Below are positions 38,611 through 47,901 of a DNA stretch of 59,997 bases, in pieces. The notes under the pieces are model-generated. The model was not told the origin of the DNA. It did not search any database and saw only the letters and a list, made by a program, of their open reading frames with translations. The stretch is taken from contig JABGOS010000063.1 in NCBI GenBank assembly GCA_018645265.1, positions 1 through 59,997 on the forward strand, written 5' to 3'. The first letter of the stretch is position 1. The number at the start of each line of letters is the position of its first letter. The stretch is from Deltaproteobacteria bacterium (GTDB lineage Bacteria; UBA10199; 2-02-FULL-44-16; JAAZCA01). A program made the position numbers and the translations under genes.

Positions 38611-39930
38611 TCAACCGACGACTTTGCCTACGAGGTCATAATGATGGGCTTCGGTGATTTCCACGTAGGCAAAATCACCTGCTGCTGCGAGACCTTCGTT
38701 TATGTAGATTACCCCATCAAACTCGGGGGCCTGGCCTTCATGTCTCGCCTGAAGGAGCATATCCGTTTCGTCGGATGAACCCTCCACGAGGACACGAACT
38801 ATCTTTCCTAAAAACATATTATTGTTGCTTAAGGATACTTCCTTTTGCAGTTCCATGATCTCAGTTTGCCTTGCAATGGCAACATCGTGTGGCACCTGAT
38901 CCTTTAACTTCGCCGCGGGCGTCCCCTCCTCTGGAGAAAAGGTGAACACCCCCAGGTGCTCAAACCTAGCCTCACCAACGAAATCTAGGAGCTCATCAAA
39001 CTCCTCCTGAGTCTCCCCTGGAAAGCCAACTATCAAAGAGGTGCGTATCGAAACGTTAGGAATTTTTTTCCTAAATTCCTCGAGAAGCTTTCTGATTTCC
39101 TTGCCGCCGCCCTTCCGCTTCATGCGCTTCAAAACCCTATCGTTTATATGCTGTATCGGCAGATCAATATATGAACAGATATCCTGACAATCCCTCATTA
39201 TCTCAATGACATCCGCTGGAAATTTATGGGGGTAGGTATACAGAAGCCTAAACCACCTCTCACTTCCCTCCAAATCAACGAGTCCTTCCAAAAGGCTCGC
39301 AAGATCCGTTTTGATATCCTTCCCATATGCTGTCAGATCCTGGGCAATGAGATTTATCTCCTTGATATCCTTAGCGAGCATCCCTCTTGCCTCTTCAACT
39401 ATTGAATCGACAGGCCTGGAACGAAACTTTCCGCGAATTTTTGGAATTATACGGAAGGAGCAAGGGTGAAAACACCCCTCGGCTATCTTGAGATATGCCG
39501 AATGATGTGGGGAGGTATGAAGCCTCGCAGTTTCATGATCGTAGATAAATGTCGATTCCTTAATTTCATTTCTAGGCTTTCCATCCCAGTCCTCAACTAT
39601 CTGGGCGACACGATAGAATTCGCCAGTCCCTATAAATACATCGACCTCTGGGAAGAGCTCCGAAAGCTCGCCCTCATAACGTTGAGGAAGACAGCCTGCG
39701 ACCATAAGCAACTTACAGCTTCCACTTTTTTTGAGTTCTGTCATTTCGAGAATGGTATCTATAGCTTCCTTCTTCGCATCCTCGATAAATGCACACGTAT
39801 TGATAACTATAATTTGCGCCTTGTTTGGATCTTCGACGAGCTCGTAGCCTACGCCGGTCAGCTGACCAAGCATCACCTCGGAATCTACGAGATTCTTAGG
39901 ACAACCCAGGGATATAAAATGAAGTTTCAT
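38611..39930 (-). CDS. rimO: ribosomal protein S12 methylthiotransferase RimO-like (radical-SAM motif reads CxxxCxxR)
   Basis: MKLHFISLGCPKNLVDSE, INTCAF, AGCL (UPF0004 cysteines), TSLIVGFPGETQEEF and a TRAM-like C-terminus. The cluster motif is EGCFHPCSFR instead of ...C..C. Confidence 0.85.
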   Translation of the reverse strand: MKLHFISLGCPKNLVDSEVMLGQLTGVGYELVEDPNKAQIIVINTCAFIEDAKKEAIDTILEMTELKKSGSCKLLMVAGCLPQRYEGELSELFPEVDVFIGTGEFYRVAQIVEDWDGKPRNEIKESTFIYDHETARLHTSPHHSAYLKIAEGCFHPCSFRIIPKIRGKFRSRPVDSIVEEARGMLAKDIKEINLIAQDLTAYGKDIKTDLASLLEGLVDLEGSERWFRLLYTYPHKFPADVIEIMRDCQDICSYIDLPIQHINDRVLKRMKRKGGGKEIRKLLEEFRKKIPNVSIRTSLIVGFPGETQEEFDELLDFVGEARFEHLGVFTFSPEEGTPAAKLKDQVPHDVAIARQTEIMELQKEVSLSNNNMFLGKIVRVLVEGSSDETDMLLQARHEGQAPEFDGVIYINEGLAAAGDFAYVEITEAHHYDLVGKVVG

Positions 39931-40000
39931 GTTAGCCTATACACGCCTGTATTTTCGCGCCTGATATTATGAATCTTGATTGGCAGCGATACAACGCAGT

Positions 40001-41326
40001 TTATGGCACGAAGAGCAACCCACTTGGAGCCAACCCTCCACAATCAGCCATACTTCCCTGGGTGGTCATCTGCCCATTTGAATCGTAGGTGACAACTTTT
40101 ATATCATTTGTAGTCTGATTCGCTACGAAAAGCATTTTCTTAGCGGTATCGATGGCGATCGCCCTAGGATCAGTGCCACCAGAACTTAACGTAGGATGAG
40201 CCGCCACAGTCAGCGCGCCTGATGAATTATATGTAAAAGACCTGATGGTATTGCTCGTCTCATTTATTAAGAATAGAAGTCCCTCAGATGTGTCGAGAGC
40301 GATCTCCCTCGGTCCCTGCCCTTCAGCAGCGAAGGGAGATCCCGTAACCTGTGTCAACACTCCACTGGAGGAGTATTCAAAAACAGAAATATCATTCGAA
40401 TCATAGTTCGCAACAAAGAGGAGCTTGTCAGTGATATCTATCGCCATTGCAATGGGACTCGTTCCGCCAGCTGCGGTTGGCGATGTGCTGACCTCTTCAA
40501 GCTCAGCATCCTCATCATATGTAAAAACTGCGATCGTATTGCTGTCATTATTGGCCAGGAAAGCTAACTTTTTTGATTCATCAATCACTACAAAATAAGG
40601 GGACGTGCCATCGGCGCCAATCGTCTCGACAAATGTAAGACTTCCATCATCAACGCTATAGGTGAATGATGAGATGTCATTAGAGTTTGAGTTGGAGCTC
40701 AAGATGATATGGTCTGATGTATCAATTGCTAGGGATCGTGATGCAATCCCCTGAAGCGAAAATGGCGAGCCGCTAACTGCCAACATCGAACCATCCTCCA
40801 TGGAATAACTAAGGCCTGAAACGGTAGCGCTATTTCCATTTCCAGTATAGAGGTATGCATAGGTCCTATCCACAACCATACCCATAGGCGCCAAGCCACC
40901 TACATTCATAGGAGATGTTGAAAATTCAGTGATAGAATAATCCACCCTGTCGACATCGAAGATAGCAACCTGATTGGAATTTTTGTTCGCGACTACCAAC
41001 ATACTCCTATAGGTATAGCCATTCGTAATTTTGGCAGTCTCGCCGTCACCACCAGTTATGGTAACATCAACTGAATCCGTAACGTTAGCGGAAGAAGGAG
41101 TGACAACGTCCAGCTGGGTACTCGTATACGATGTGATAGTAGCAGCATTGCTTCCGAACGTTATCGTCGTATCAGAATCGAACCCCCTACCGCGGATGGT
41201 TACCTCAGCACCCCCGAGTGTGGTGCCACCTTCAGGATCAATAGAATTCAGCGCAAAATCATCCTGCGGTTGCCCACATGCGGTAAAGAGTACAGCGACC
41301 ATAACCAATATAATGATACGGCGCAT
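40001..41326 (-). CDS. lipoprotein with IPT/TIG domain and 7-bladed lactonase-type beta-propeller repeats
   Basis: AGGAGG upstream of ATG 41326. Lipobox MRRIIILVMVAVLFTAC. GGTTLGGAEVTIRGRGF (IPT-like). Repeated ...SN.I..F.Y...G.L......P... blades. Confidence 0.7.
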   Translation of the reverse strand: MRRIIILVMVAVLFTACGQPQDDFALNSIDPEGGTTLGGAEVTIRGRGFDSDTTITFGSNAATITSYTSTQLDVVTPSSANVTDSVDVTITGGDGETAKITNGYTYRSMLVVANKNSNQVAIFDVDRVDYSITEFSTSPMNVGGLAPMGMVVDRTYAYLYTGNGNSATVSGLSYSMEDGSMLAVSGSPFSLQGIASRSLAIDTSDHIILSSNSNSNDISSFTYSVDDGSLTFVETIGADGTSPYFVVIDESKKLAFLANNDSNTIAVFTYDEDAELEEVSTSPTAAGGTSPIAMAIDITDKLLFVANYDSNDISVFEYSSSGVLTQVTGSPFAAEGQGPREIALDTSEGLLFLINETSNTIRSFTYNSSGALTVAAHPTLSSGGTDPRAIAIDTAKKMLFVANQTTNDIKVVTYDSNGQMTTQGSMADCGGLAPSGLLFVP

Positions 41327-41499
41327 AGCTTCCTCCTTGTCAGGTGCATCGCATAATAGCGTCAAAGTATGAAGAAACCAAGGATTATTCGCCGTATGAC
41401 GTGTGATATCAGATTTCTACTTCAAGAAAATTACATATCAAAAACATTGGATCGTATTTATCATTGAAATTACGCCATGCCTCTGGCAGCCTCACCCAT

Positions 41500-42594
41500 A
41501 TGAGCCTCAACTGCGGCATAGTTGGTCTTCCAAACGTCGGCAAATCGACACTTTTCAACGCAATGACAGCGGCGCACGTGCCTGCGGAAAACTACCCATT
41601 CTGCACGAAGGATCAAAACACCGGAATGGTCGCAGTGCCTGACGATAGGCTGGAGAACATAGCAAAAATATTCAAGCCGGAACGGGTCGTCCCCACGCAG
41701 GTTGAGTTCGTCGATATAGCTGGACTCGTGGAGGGAGCGCACAAAGGCGAAGGACTTGGAAATCAATTCCTGGGGCATATCAGAAACGTCGATGCGATCG
41801 CACACGTTGTAAGATGCTTCGATGCACCGAACGTGGTTCACAGCTATGAACAGGTGGATCCTATACATGATATCGAGATAGTGGAAACGGAGCTCGCACT
41901 CGCTGATCTTGAAATGGTTGTAAAACGATTCGACAAGATCGCCCATGCAGCGAGAACTGGTTGTAAGGATTCAAAAAGGGAGTTTTTACTTCTAGAAAAA
42001 ATCAAAAATACTTTGGAATCTGGGGAGCCTGCTATTAAAGCAGGACTTTCAGAGCTGGAATGGGGCGAACTAGGAGACCTAGTCCTTCTTACTAATAAAC
42101 CAGTCATCTACATCCTAAACGTCAATGAAACTGATGTTAAACAGCCCTCTGAAACTGTCATACGAACCATCGACTACGCTAAAGGAAAGGGCATCCCGGC
42201 AATCGAGCTCTGTGGTTCAATTGAAGCTGAGCTCGGTGACTTAAGCGCTGAGGAGAGACGGGAATTCTTGGATGACCTAGGGCTTTCCGAGTTAGGTCTC
42301 CCTAGACTTATCCATGCGACCTATACCCTGCTCAACTTAATCACCTTTTTTACTAAAGATGGCCCTGAGGCCCGAGCCTGGACAGTGGCGGCGGGATCTA
42401 AAGCTCCACAGGCTGCAGGAAAGATACATACCGATTTTGAGCGTGGCTTCATACGTGCAGATGTCTATTCATATGACGACTTGATCAAATCTGGAGATGA
42501 ACATAAGATAAGGGAGCAAGGTCACCTTAGGACTGAGGGTCATGACTACGTGGTAAATGATGGAGATGTGATACATTTTAAATTCAATGTTTAA
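41500..42594 (+). CDS. ychF: ribosome-binding ATPase YchF
   Basis: MSLNCGIVGLPNVGKSTLFNAMT and a TGS-like C-terminus (DGDVIHFKFNV); 364 aa from ATG 41500. The upstream TTG extension is rejected. Confidence 0.93.
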   Translation: MSLNCGIVGLPNVGKSTLFNAMTAAHVPAENYPFCTKDQNTGMVAVPDDRLENIAKIFKPERVVPTQVEFVDIAGLVEGAHKGEGLGNQFLGHIRNVDAIAHVVRCFDAPNVVHSYEQVDPIHDIEIVETELALADLEMVVKRFDKIAHAARTGCKDSKREFLLLEKIKNTLESGEPAIKAGLSELEWGELGDLVLLTNKPVIYILNVNETDVKQPSETVIRTIDYAKGKGIPAIELCGSIEAELGDLSAEERREFLDDLGLSELGLPRLIHATYTLLNLITFFTKDGPEARAWTVAAGSKAPQAAGKIHTDFERGFIRADVYSYDDLIKSGDEHKIREQGHLRTEGHDYVVNDGDVIHFKFNV

Positions 42595-42635
42595 TTGAAG
42601 TTATAAGCTCAATGATACAAGATACAGGAGACCTT

Positions 42636-43241
42636 ATGAAACACTTCGTCACAATATTACTCTTCGGTTCCATTTGGGGATTCATTGAAGCCACTGTCGG
42701 CGGTGCAATGCACGTAATACACATTCCCTTCACCGGAACGATCATGGCGTCGATAGGTTTTGCTGTATTATATGCAGCGTTGAAAAATGGTTTGAAGCCC
42801 TCACACCTTTTCGCGGTGAGTTTGGTAGCAGCTTCATTCAAGATGCTCGATATATGGTTATTCTCCCTTCCACTGTTTCATATGCAGGTGATCAATCCGG
42901 CAACCGCTATAGCAATGCAGGGCCTTGCAGCAGCATTGATACTCAGAAAATCGACAGGGCTGGCTCCGCTCGCATCGCGAATGCTCTTCACAGCATCGCT
43001 ATCGATGGTCACATTCAACGTAATATCGCTCGGCATATATGGATGGCCTACACATCACACCAATGATCCTATGGGTGCGGCGCTTATACAACTCCCGATC
43101 ATGACGATAGTGGCAACGATGCTATCGAAGGGATACGATCTGATTTACGGCAGAATAAACCTATCATTCAATATGAGGTGGCAGGCGGCAACAACCGCAC
43201 TGTTAATTGCGCTGACGTTCTTGGCGCGAGCATACATCTAG
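42636..43241 (+). CDS. integral membrane protein (about 6 TM), unknown function
   Basis: AGGAG 5 nt upstream of ATG 42636. Hydrophobic throughout. Its stop TAG is directly followed by the ATG of the next gene (TAGATG). Confidence 0.6.
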   Translation: MKHFVTILLFGSIWGFIEATVGGAMHVIHIPFTGTIMASIGFAVLYAALKNGLKPSHLFAVSLVAASFKMLDIWLFSLPLFHMQVINPATAIAMQGLAAALILRKSTGLAPLASRMLFTASLSMVTFNVISLGIYGWPTHHTNDPMGAALIQLPIMTIVATMLSKGYDLIYGRINLSFNMRWQAATTALLIALTFLARAYI

Positions 43242-43781
43242 ATGATATATATACTCTGTGATGAAATAAATTCGGGAAAGAGCACATTCGTGCTTGGTCT
43301 GTCGAAGAAGCTGGCGCAGGATGGGCTCTGCATTGGTGGATGGACGACCCCACCACACATCGAGAGAGAGACTAAGGTCGGCCACGACTTTGTAGCGATA
43401 AACGACGGTATAATGGATGAACCTATTCCCTACACACGCCCACACCCTTTCGACAATTCATTCCAATGGAAAAAATATTTCTTCAGCAAGTCAGCCTTCA
43501 AGAAAGCTAGGCTTCTCAACTTCAACTGCGACCTCTTCATAGTCGATGAGATAGGACCGCTCGAACTCGATGACAAGCAGGGCTTCTTTCAGATGATAAA
43601 TAAATTTGTTGAGATCCCTCAAAACACCCTTTTAGTACTCAGAAAAGGGCTGTACAAATCCATTCCGGAGATCATCGGAAACGCTGAACACGCACTCTTT
43701 TCACTTGAATCCAAAGAACAATTGGCCAACGAAATCATCAACATACATCCACAAAAAGTGTCCGACACTTTTCACACATAA
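43242..43781 (+). CDS. P-loop NTPase, THEP1/DUF2478-like
   Basis: Walker A-like EINSGKST near the N-terminus and Walker B LFIVDEIGPLE; 179 aa. The last 9 codons (KVSDTFHT) are encoded by the palindromic repeat. Confidence 0.65.
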   Translation: MIYILCDEINSGKSTFVLGLSKKLAQDGLCIGGWTTPPHIERETKVGHDFVAINDGIMDEPIPYTRPHPFDNSFQWKKYFFSKSAFKKARLLNFNCDLFIVDEIGPLELDDKQGFFQMINKFVEIPQNTLLVLRKGLYKSIPEIIGNAEHALFSLESKEQLANEIINIHPQKVSDTFHT

Positions 43782-43806
43782 AACCCAAAAAGTGTCCGAC
43801 ACCTTT
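43753..43806. repeat. palindromic repeat doublet (locus 5): AAAAAGTGTCCGACACTTTT + AAAAAGTGTCCGACACCTTTT, centres 43763 and 43797 (34 bp apart)
   Basis: Read directly. The first copy overlaps the 3' end of the NTPase gene. The second lies about 60-70 nt upstream of the B12-radical SAM gene. Confidence 0.9.
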
Positions 43807-43864
43807 TATAGGATAACGCGGTGCAGCGGTAAAAGTACTTGATTTTGCTGCGCTATCTGTTGTA

Positions 43865-45439
43865 GTGATCGCCGCTATGACAAACCTACCAATCAAAAAA
43901 ATAGTATTCATCGAACCGAAGGCCCCTGGAAAGCACGTCTATTCCAAGTGGGGTTTTCCAAGACTGGGAATCATACAGCTTGCAACAATCCTCGAGAAGG
44001 CCGGTTATGAAGTAAAAGTATTCATCGAGGAGATAAAAGGGATCGACTGGGATGATGTGTTCGATGCCGATGCTGTAGGCATATCCACTATCACATCGAC
44101 AGCACCTCGCGCCTACGAAATGGCCCGACAGATAAGAAGAACAGGAACGCCAGTTTTCATGGGTGGACCTCACGTATCCTTTTTGACCGATGAAGCGCTG
44201 GAACACTGTGATTTCGTCATCCGTGGCGAAACGGAAGAAGCTATCATACCTTTCCTAAAAGCACTCTCGGGTGGCGGCAAATTTGAGGAGATACCAGGTC
44301 TCTGTTGGCACTATGGAAACAGGGTCAACAAAAATCCATTTCCGGAAGCGTGTCCAGATCTCGACAAATACCCGATGCCAAATTTCGATCTCGTCTGTGG
44401 CTCGAAGAAAACAAAAGTCGACCTATCGATCACACCAATTATGACTTCGCGCGGATGTCCGTTTGGATGTAACTTCTGCTCCGTCACCAGAATGTTCGGA
44501 AGAAAGTATCGTTTCCGCTCAGTAGATAATGTGATGGAGGAATTGCATGCAAGAAAACCTGAATGGATATTCTTCTACGATGATAACTTTGCTGCAAATA
44601 CAACGCACACAAAAACACTCCTAAAAAGAATGATCAATGAGAAGATCACCCCGAACTGGATGGCACAGGTTCGGATTGATGTGGCTAAGGATCCCGAACT
44701 GATGGATCTGATGGTACAGTCGAACTGCAAGTACGTCTACATAGGGCTTGAATCCATCAACCCAAAAACTCTGGAATCCCTCGAAAAGGGACAGACAAAG
44801 GAAGACATTGAACATGCGATCAATGTAATTCAAGGACGCGGTATACGCATACATGGCATGTTCATATTCGGTGCCGATCACGATGATCCGAAGACGATCA
44901 GACAGACGGTTAAGTTTGCGAAGAAGAACAATCTATCCTCAGTTCAATTCATGATTTTAACCCCACTGCCCGGCACGCCCGTCTTCGAACAGATGGACAG
45001 GGAAGGTCGTCTTCTTTCCAAAGACTGGGGATATTACGACGCGCATCATGTCGTCTTCAAACCTAAAAAGATGAATTACCTTCAGCTACAGAAGAAGACC
45101 CTCAGCGCAACATTGAAATTCTATTCCTTACCCAGAATCTTAGACAAGATCGATCGGTTCGACATCTGGTCAGTGATCATCAGCTCCTATGGCTGGCGCG
45201 CATCGAGACAGATGCGAAAGAGTACGCGCGACTTCGTCAAGCAGATGAAGGGAAAGTACAAGGAATACGGTGCCGATATCGATACGGCGAGACACAATAT
45301 CGGCATCAAGGCTAGAAAGACTTCAGAGGATGTAAATGAGTTCTTCCACTCAATCAACCTCGATAACATCAGAAAGATGAAGGAAAAGCAGATTGAGAAG
45401 TGGAGGGCATCCAAAGCCGCTTCCAAGCAGTCCGTTTAG
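43865..45439 (+). CDS. B12-binding-domain radical SAM protein (524 aa)
   Basis: N-terminal Rossmann-like B12-binding region and SRGCPFGCNFCSV (CxxxCxxC). The start is either GTG 43865 or ATG 43877. Lys-rich C-terminal extension. Confidence 0.85.
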   Translation: MIAAMTNLPIKKIVFIEPKAPGKHVYSKWGFPRLGIIQLATILEKAGYEVKVFIEEIKGIDWDDVFDADAVGISTITSTAPRAYEMARQIRRTGTPVFMGGPHVSFLTDEALEHCDFVIRGETEEAIIPFLKALSGGGKFEEIPGLCWHYGNRVNKNPFPEACPDLDKYPMPNFDLVCGSKKTKVDLSITPIMTSRGCPFGCNFCSVTRMFGRKYRFRSVDNVMEELHARKPEWIFFYDDNFAANTTHTKTLLKRMINEKITPNWMAQVRIDVAKDPELMDLMVQSNCKYVYIGLESINPKTLESLEKGQTKEDIEHAINVIQGRGIRIHGMFIFGADHDDPKTIRQTVKFAKKNNLSSVQFMILTPLPGTPVFEQMDREGRLLSKDWGYYDAHHVVFKPKKMNYLQLQKKTLSATLKFYSLPRILDKIDRFDIWSVIISSYGWRASRQMRKSTRDFVKQMKGKYKEYGADIDTARHNIGIKARKTSEDVNEFFHSINLDNIRKMKEKQIEKWRASKAASKQSV

Positions 45440-45575
45440 CTCTACAACATCTATATATGTAATAATATCAATGTGTTATATTAACCATAAAGACATGGTA
45501 AACATGTATTTATCGCACAACTTTTTAAGTTTAACCGCGATAAATGGACATATGTAAAACTCAGTGGAGAATGAA

Positions 45576-46670
45576 ATGAGTGCTCAAGTATTAAGGACAA
45601 CAAATTTTGGCAGTCGCTTTTCGCAGTTTCTGGCACAGCAGGCAATGGTACCCACAGTGCCGGCCAGCCTGACAAGCGAACCATCACTAACATACAAGTA
45701 TGCGGAAGCCCTCCAGATGACAGGAACGCCTGCCGCAGCAGAAGCTGCAATGCCCGTCGCAGTGGCACCACCTGTCGAGGCATTGATCGCCCTTCCTTTT
45801 AAACAATTTTCAGAAGATCAGCAGGGTCTGCTCAGCAGCGTAGTCCAAATGCATTCTAGAGGTAAACCGGAACAATCCCCAGCATTCGTAGTCAACGCAA
45901 GATATCCGTTGAATCGCTTCGTCGATCAATTGGTGGCTATATCCTTACCAATGAACGAGCTCGTCGAATGGTCTGACAAACTTCCAGCAGAGCAACTCCG
46001 GACCCTACATACGCGTTTCCGCCCACAGAAATCCGATGATTTCTTTGAAATAGGCATGAAGAAATTTATGTTAGCAGCTACTTCACGTTTTGGCTTAGAG
46101 GCTTCTACAACGGTACTCGAAGAAGTTATTGCTAAAAAGGTTGCCCATAGATTTGAAGAATCCGCGAAGTTTTTCATGAAAATGAGGTATTTTGGTGCAG
46201 CCGCTATGGCATTCGAGATGGCTGCTATAGAAGCAGACACCCTAAAACCTCAACGCGGTTCAGACTTGGAAAGACAGGTTCGGAGTTGGCGTGGAGAAGC
46301 CGCACACTCCTGGTTGCAATCACTATCCTCTGACGACGATCACATCACATATACTTTGAGACTTCAGAGGGCATTATATTTTGGCTGGAACGCTGCCACA
46401 CCCGACGACTATCTCCACATACTAGGTCTTTCAACCAGAGCAAACTCGATCAATGGCAATCATGACGAAACCGCAAATGACCTACTTAGAACAGCATTGT
46501 ACAGATTGCAGCACGCACAAAGGGTGGATAGTGCAATATGGCAACATGTCGCGACAAGCATAGGTGGGGCCATAAAAATATGGGATGACTACGGCATCGC
46601 TGAAAGGAAGCCACGGGAGCTGACACAGATTTTTGCAACGGCAGCAAATAGATTTTCATCCGAAGGTTAG
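45576..46670 (+). CDS. hypothetical protein, paralog family member A (364 aa)
   Basis: GGAG 8 nt upstream of ATG 45576. Shares FSQFLAQQAMVPTVP, FFMKMRYFGAAAMAFEMA and HSWLQSLSSDDD blocks with the next gene. Confidence 0.7.
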   Translation: MSAQVLRTTNFGSRFSQFLAQQAMVPTVPASLTSEPSLTYKYAEALQMTGTPAAAEAAMPVAVAPPVEALIALPFKQFSEDQQGLLSSVVQMHSRGKPEQSPAFVVNARYPLNRFVDQLVAISLPMNELVEWSDKLPAEQLRTLHTRFRPQKSDDFFEIGMKKFMLAATSRFGLEASTTVLEEVIAKKVAHRFEESAKFFMKMRYFGAAAMAFEMAAIEADTLKPQRGSDLERQVRSWRGEAAHSWLQSLSSDDDHITYTLRLQRALYFGWNAATPDDYLHILGLSTRANSINGNHDETANDLLRTALYRLQHAQRVDSAIWQHVATSIGGAIKIWDDYGIAERKPRELTQIFATAANRFSSEG

Positions 46671-46714
46671 TAAAGATAACGATAGAGTTAAAAGAGAACG
46701 AAAGGAAAGTACAG

Positions 46715-47788
46715 ATGGTAAAATCAATGACATTGGATGCATTCAGAGCACAGTTTAGCAATTTCCTATCAGGCCCGGCACAGGTGCCAGTTATACCTGG
46801 TGCATGGGATTCTGGAGCTGTGGGATATACCTTTCCCGACCAGATGGTAAGGGGTGCTGTTAAATTACCCCCTCCGCTTCTCACGATGCCTCATATCCCC
46901 ATAACAACGCAACATGGGGACTTTCTTCAGAGAGCTATTATTGACAGGGCTAAACCAGTTACTGGCAGGCCCATGGAAGATGCTCCCTCGGTAAAAGTTG
47001 AGGAAGGAAGGCAGCTCACAACCTTCGTAGATCAAGCGACCGGTCTGCAGATGCGTGTAGATAAATACATCGCCATACAGACTGACGAACTAGGAAATGA
47101 CCCAAGGGCTTCCGAAGGCATCGCCCAGTCGCTTCAGCAGGGGGTAAGTAGCGATCTATTTCATAGAGGTGGAGATTTTCTACTCTCAGCCATGGTCCTC
47201 TCCGCAACAGCCTCCTCATCGGAAGTGAGTAGTGCAGACTATGAACACTTTACAGCCTTAGCCGCCATGACTTTTGCAGATGCTGCCGACATTTTCTTCA
47301 ACATGCGATATCACAGCGCTGCCGCAATGACATATGAAATGGCTATTCATGATGGTTATCGTTTTATTTCACTCGGCAGAAGAGATGCCAGTGTAAAACT
47401 TCAAAAGTGGGAGGATCGAACAGCACTCTCATGGCACAATTCACGTTTAGCAGAGGATGACCCTGTAACAAATAGCGTAAAAGTCATGAGGGGAATATTT
47501 CACGGATGGAAATCCGCCGACACTCGAACATTGCACAATCTATTACTGCGCTCTGCCAAAGATCATGCAGCAAAGGGATTTCATCAGGAATCCGCCGCTG
47601 ACTATTTTAGAATGGCGTGGAACCGTCTGGAGCGAGCAAAGGTTAGTCCGGTTAGAAATGACTGGACATACATTCCGCAGATGATCGACAGAGCATTGGA
47701 CATATGGAGAGCGCAACATATCTTCCTGGGAGAAACTATCGGTGAGGGTCAAAGGCTAGCAGATGTAGCACGCATGTTTTATGACTAA
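46715..47788 (+). CDS. hypothetical protein, paralog family member B (357 aa)
   Basis: AGGAAA upstream. Blocks FSNFLSGPAQVPVIP, FFNMRYHSAAAMTYEMA and LSWHNSRLAEDDP are collinear with member A. Confidence 0.7.
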   Translation: MVKSMTLDAFRAQFSNFLSGPAQVPVIPGAWDSGAVGYTFPDQMVRGAVKLPPPLLTMPHIPITTQHGDFLQRAIIDRAKPVTGRPMEDAPSVKVEEGRQLTTFVDQATGLQMRVDKYIAIQTDELGNDPRASEGIAQSLQQGVSSDLFHRGGDFLLSAMVLSATASSSEVSSADYEHFTALAAMTFADAADIFFNMRYHSAAAMTYEMAIHDGYRFISLGRRDASVKLQKWEDRTALSWHNSRLAEDDPVTNSVKVMRGIFHGWKSADTRTLHNLLLRSAKDHAAKGFHQESAADYFRMAWNRLERAKVSPVRNDWTYIPQMIDRALDIWRAQHIFLGETIGEGQRLADVARMFYD

Positions 47789-47843
47789 TTTTAAATAAAC
47801 CGTTCGAAAGCCCAGAGGGCTTCGAATAGTTTGAATTTGATAC

Positions 47844-47878
47844 AAAAAAAAGGAAACTACGATGTAGTTTCCTTTTTT
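47844..47878. terminator. bidirectional rho-independent terminator between convergent paralogs
   Basis: A8, then GGAAACTAC-GAT-GTAGTTTCC, then T6. A second hairpin, TTCGAAAGCCC-AGA-GGGCTTCGAA, lies at 47803-47826. Confidence 0.7.
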
Positions 47879-47901
47879 AATTTAATTTTCATAGTATCTA
47901 A

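Noticed and set aside
41464-41499. TTG-initiated 12-codon extension of ychF, and the 158-aa antisense ORF at 41470-41946
   Set aside because: The conserved YchF N-terminus starts at MSLNCGIVGLPNVGKS. The antisense ORF lies entirely within a highly conserved gene.
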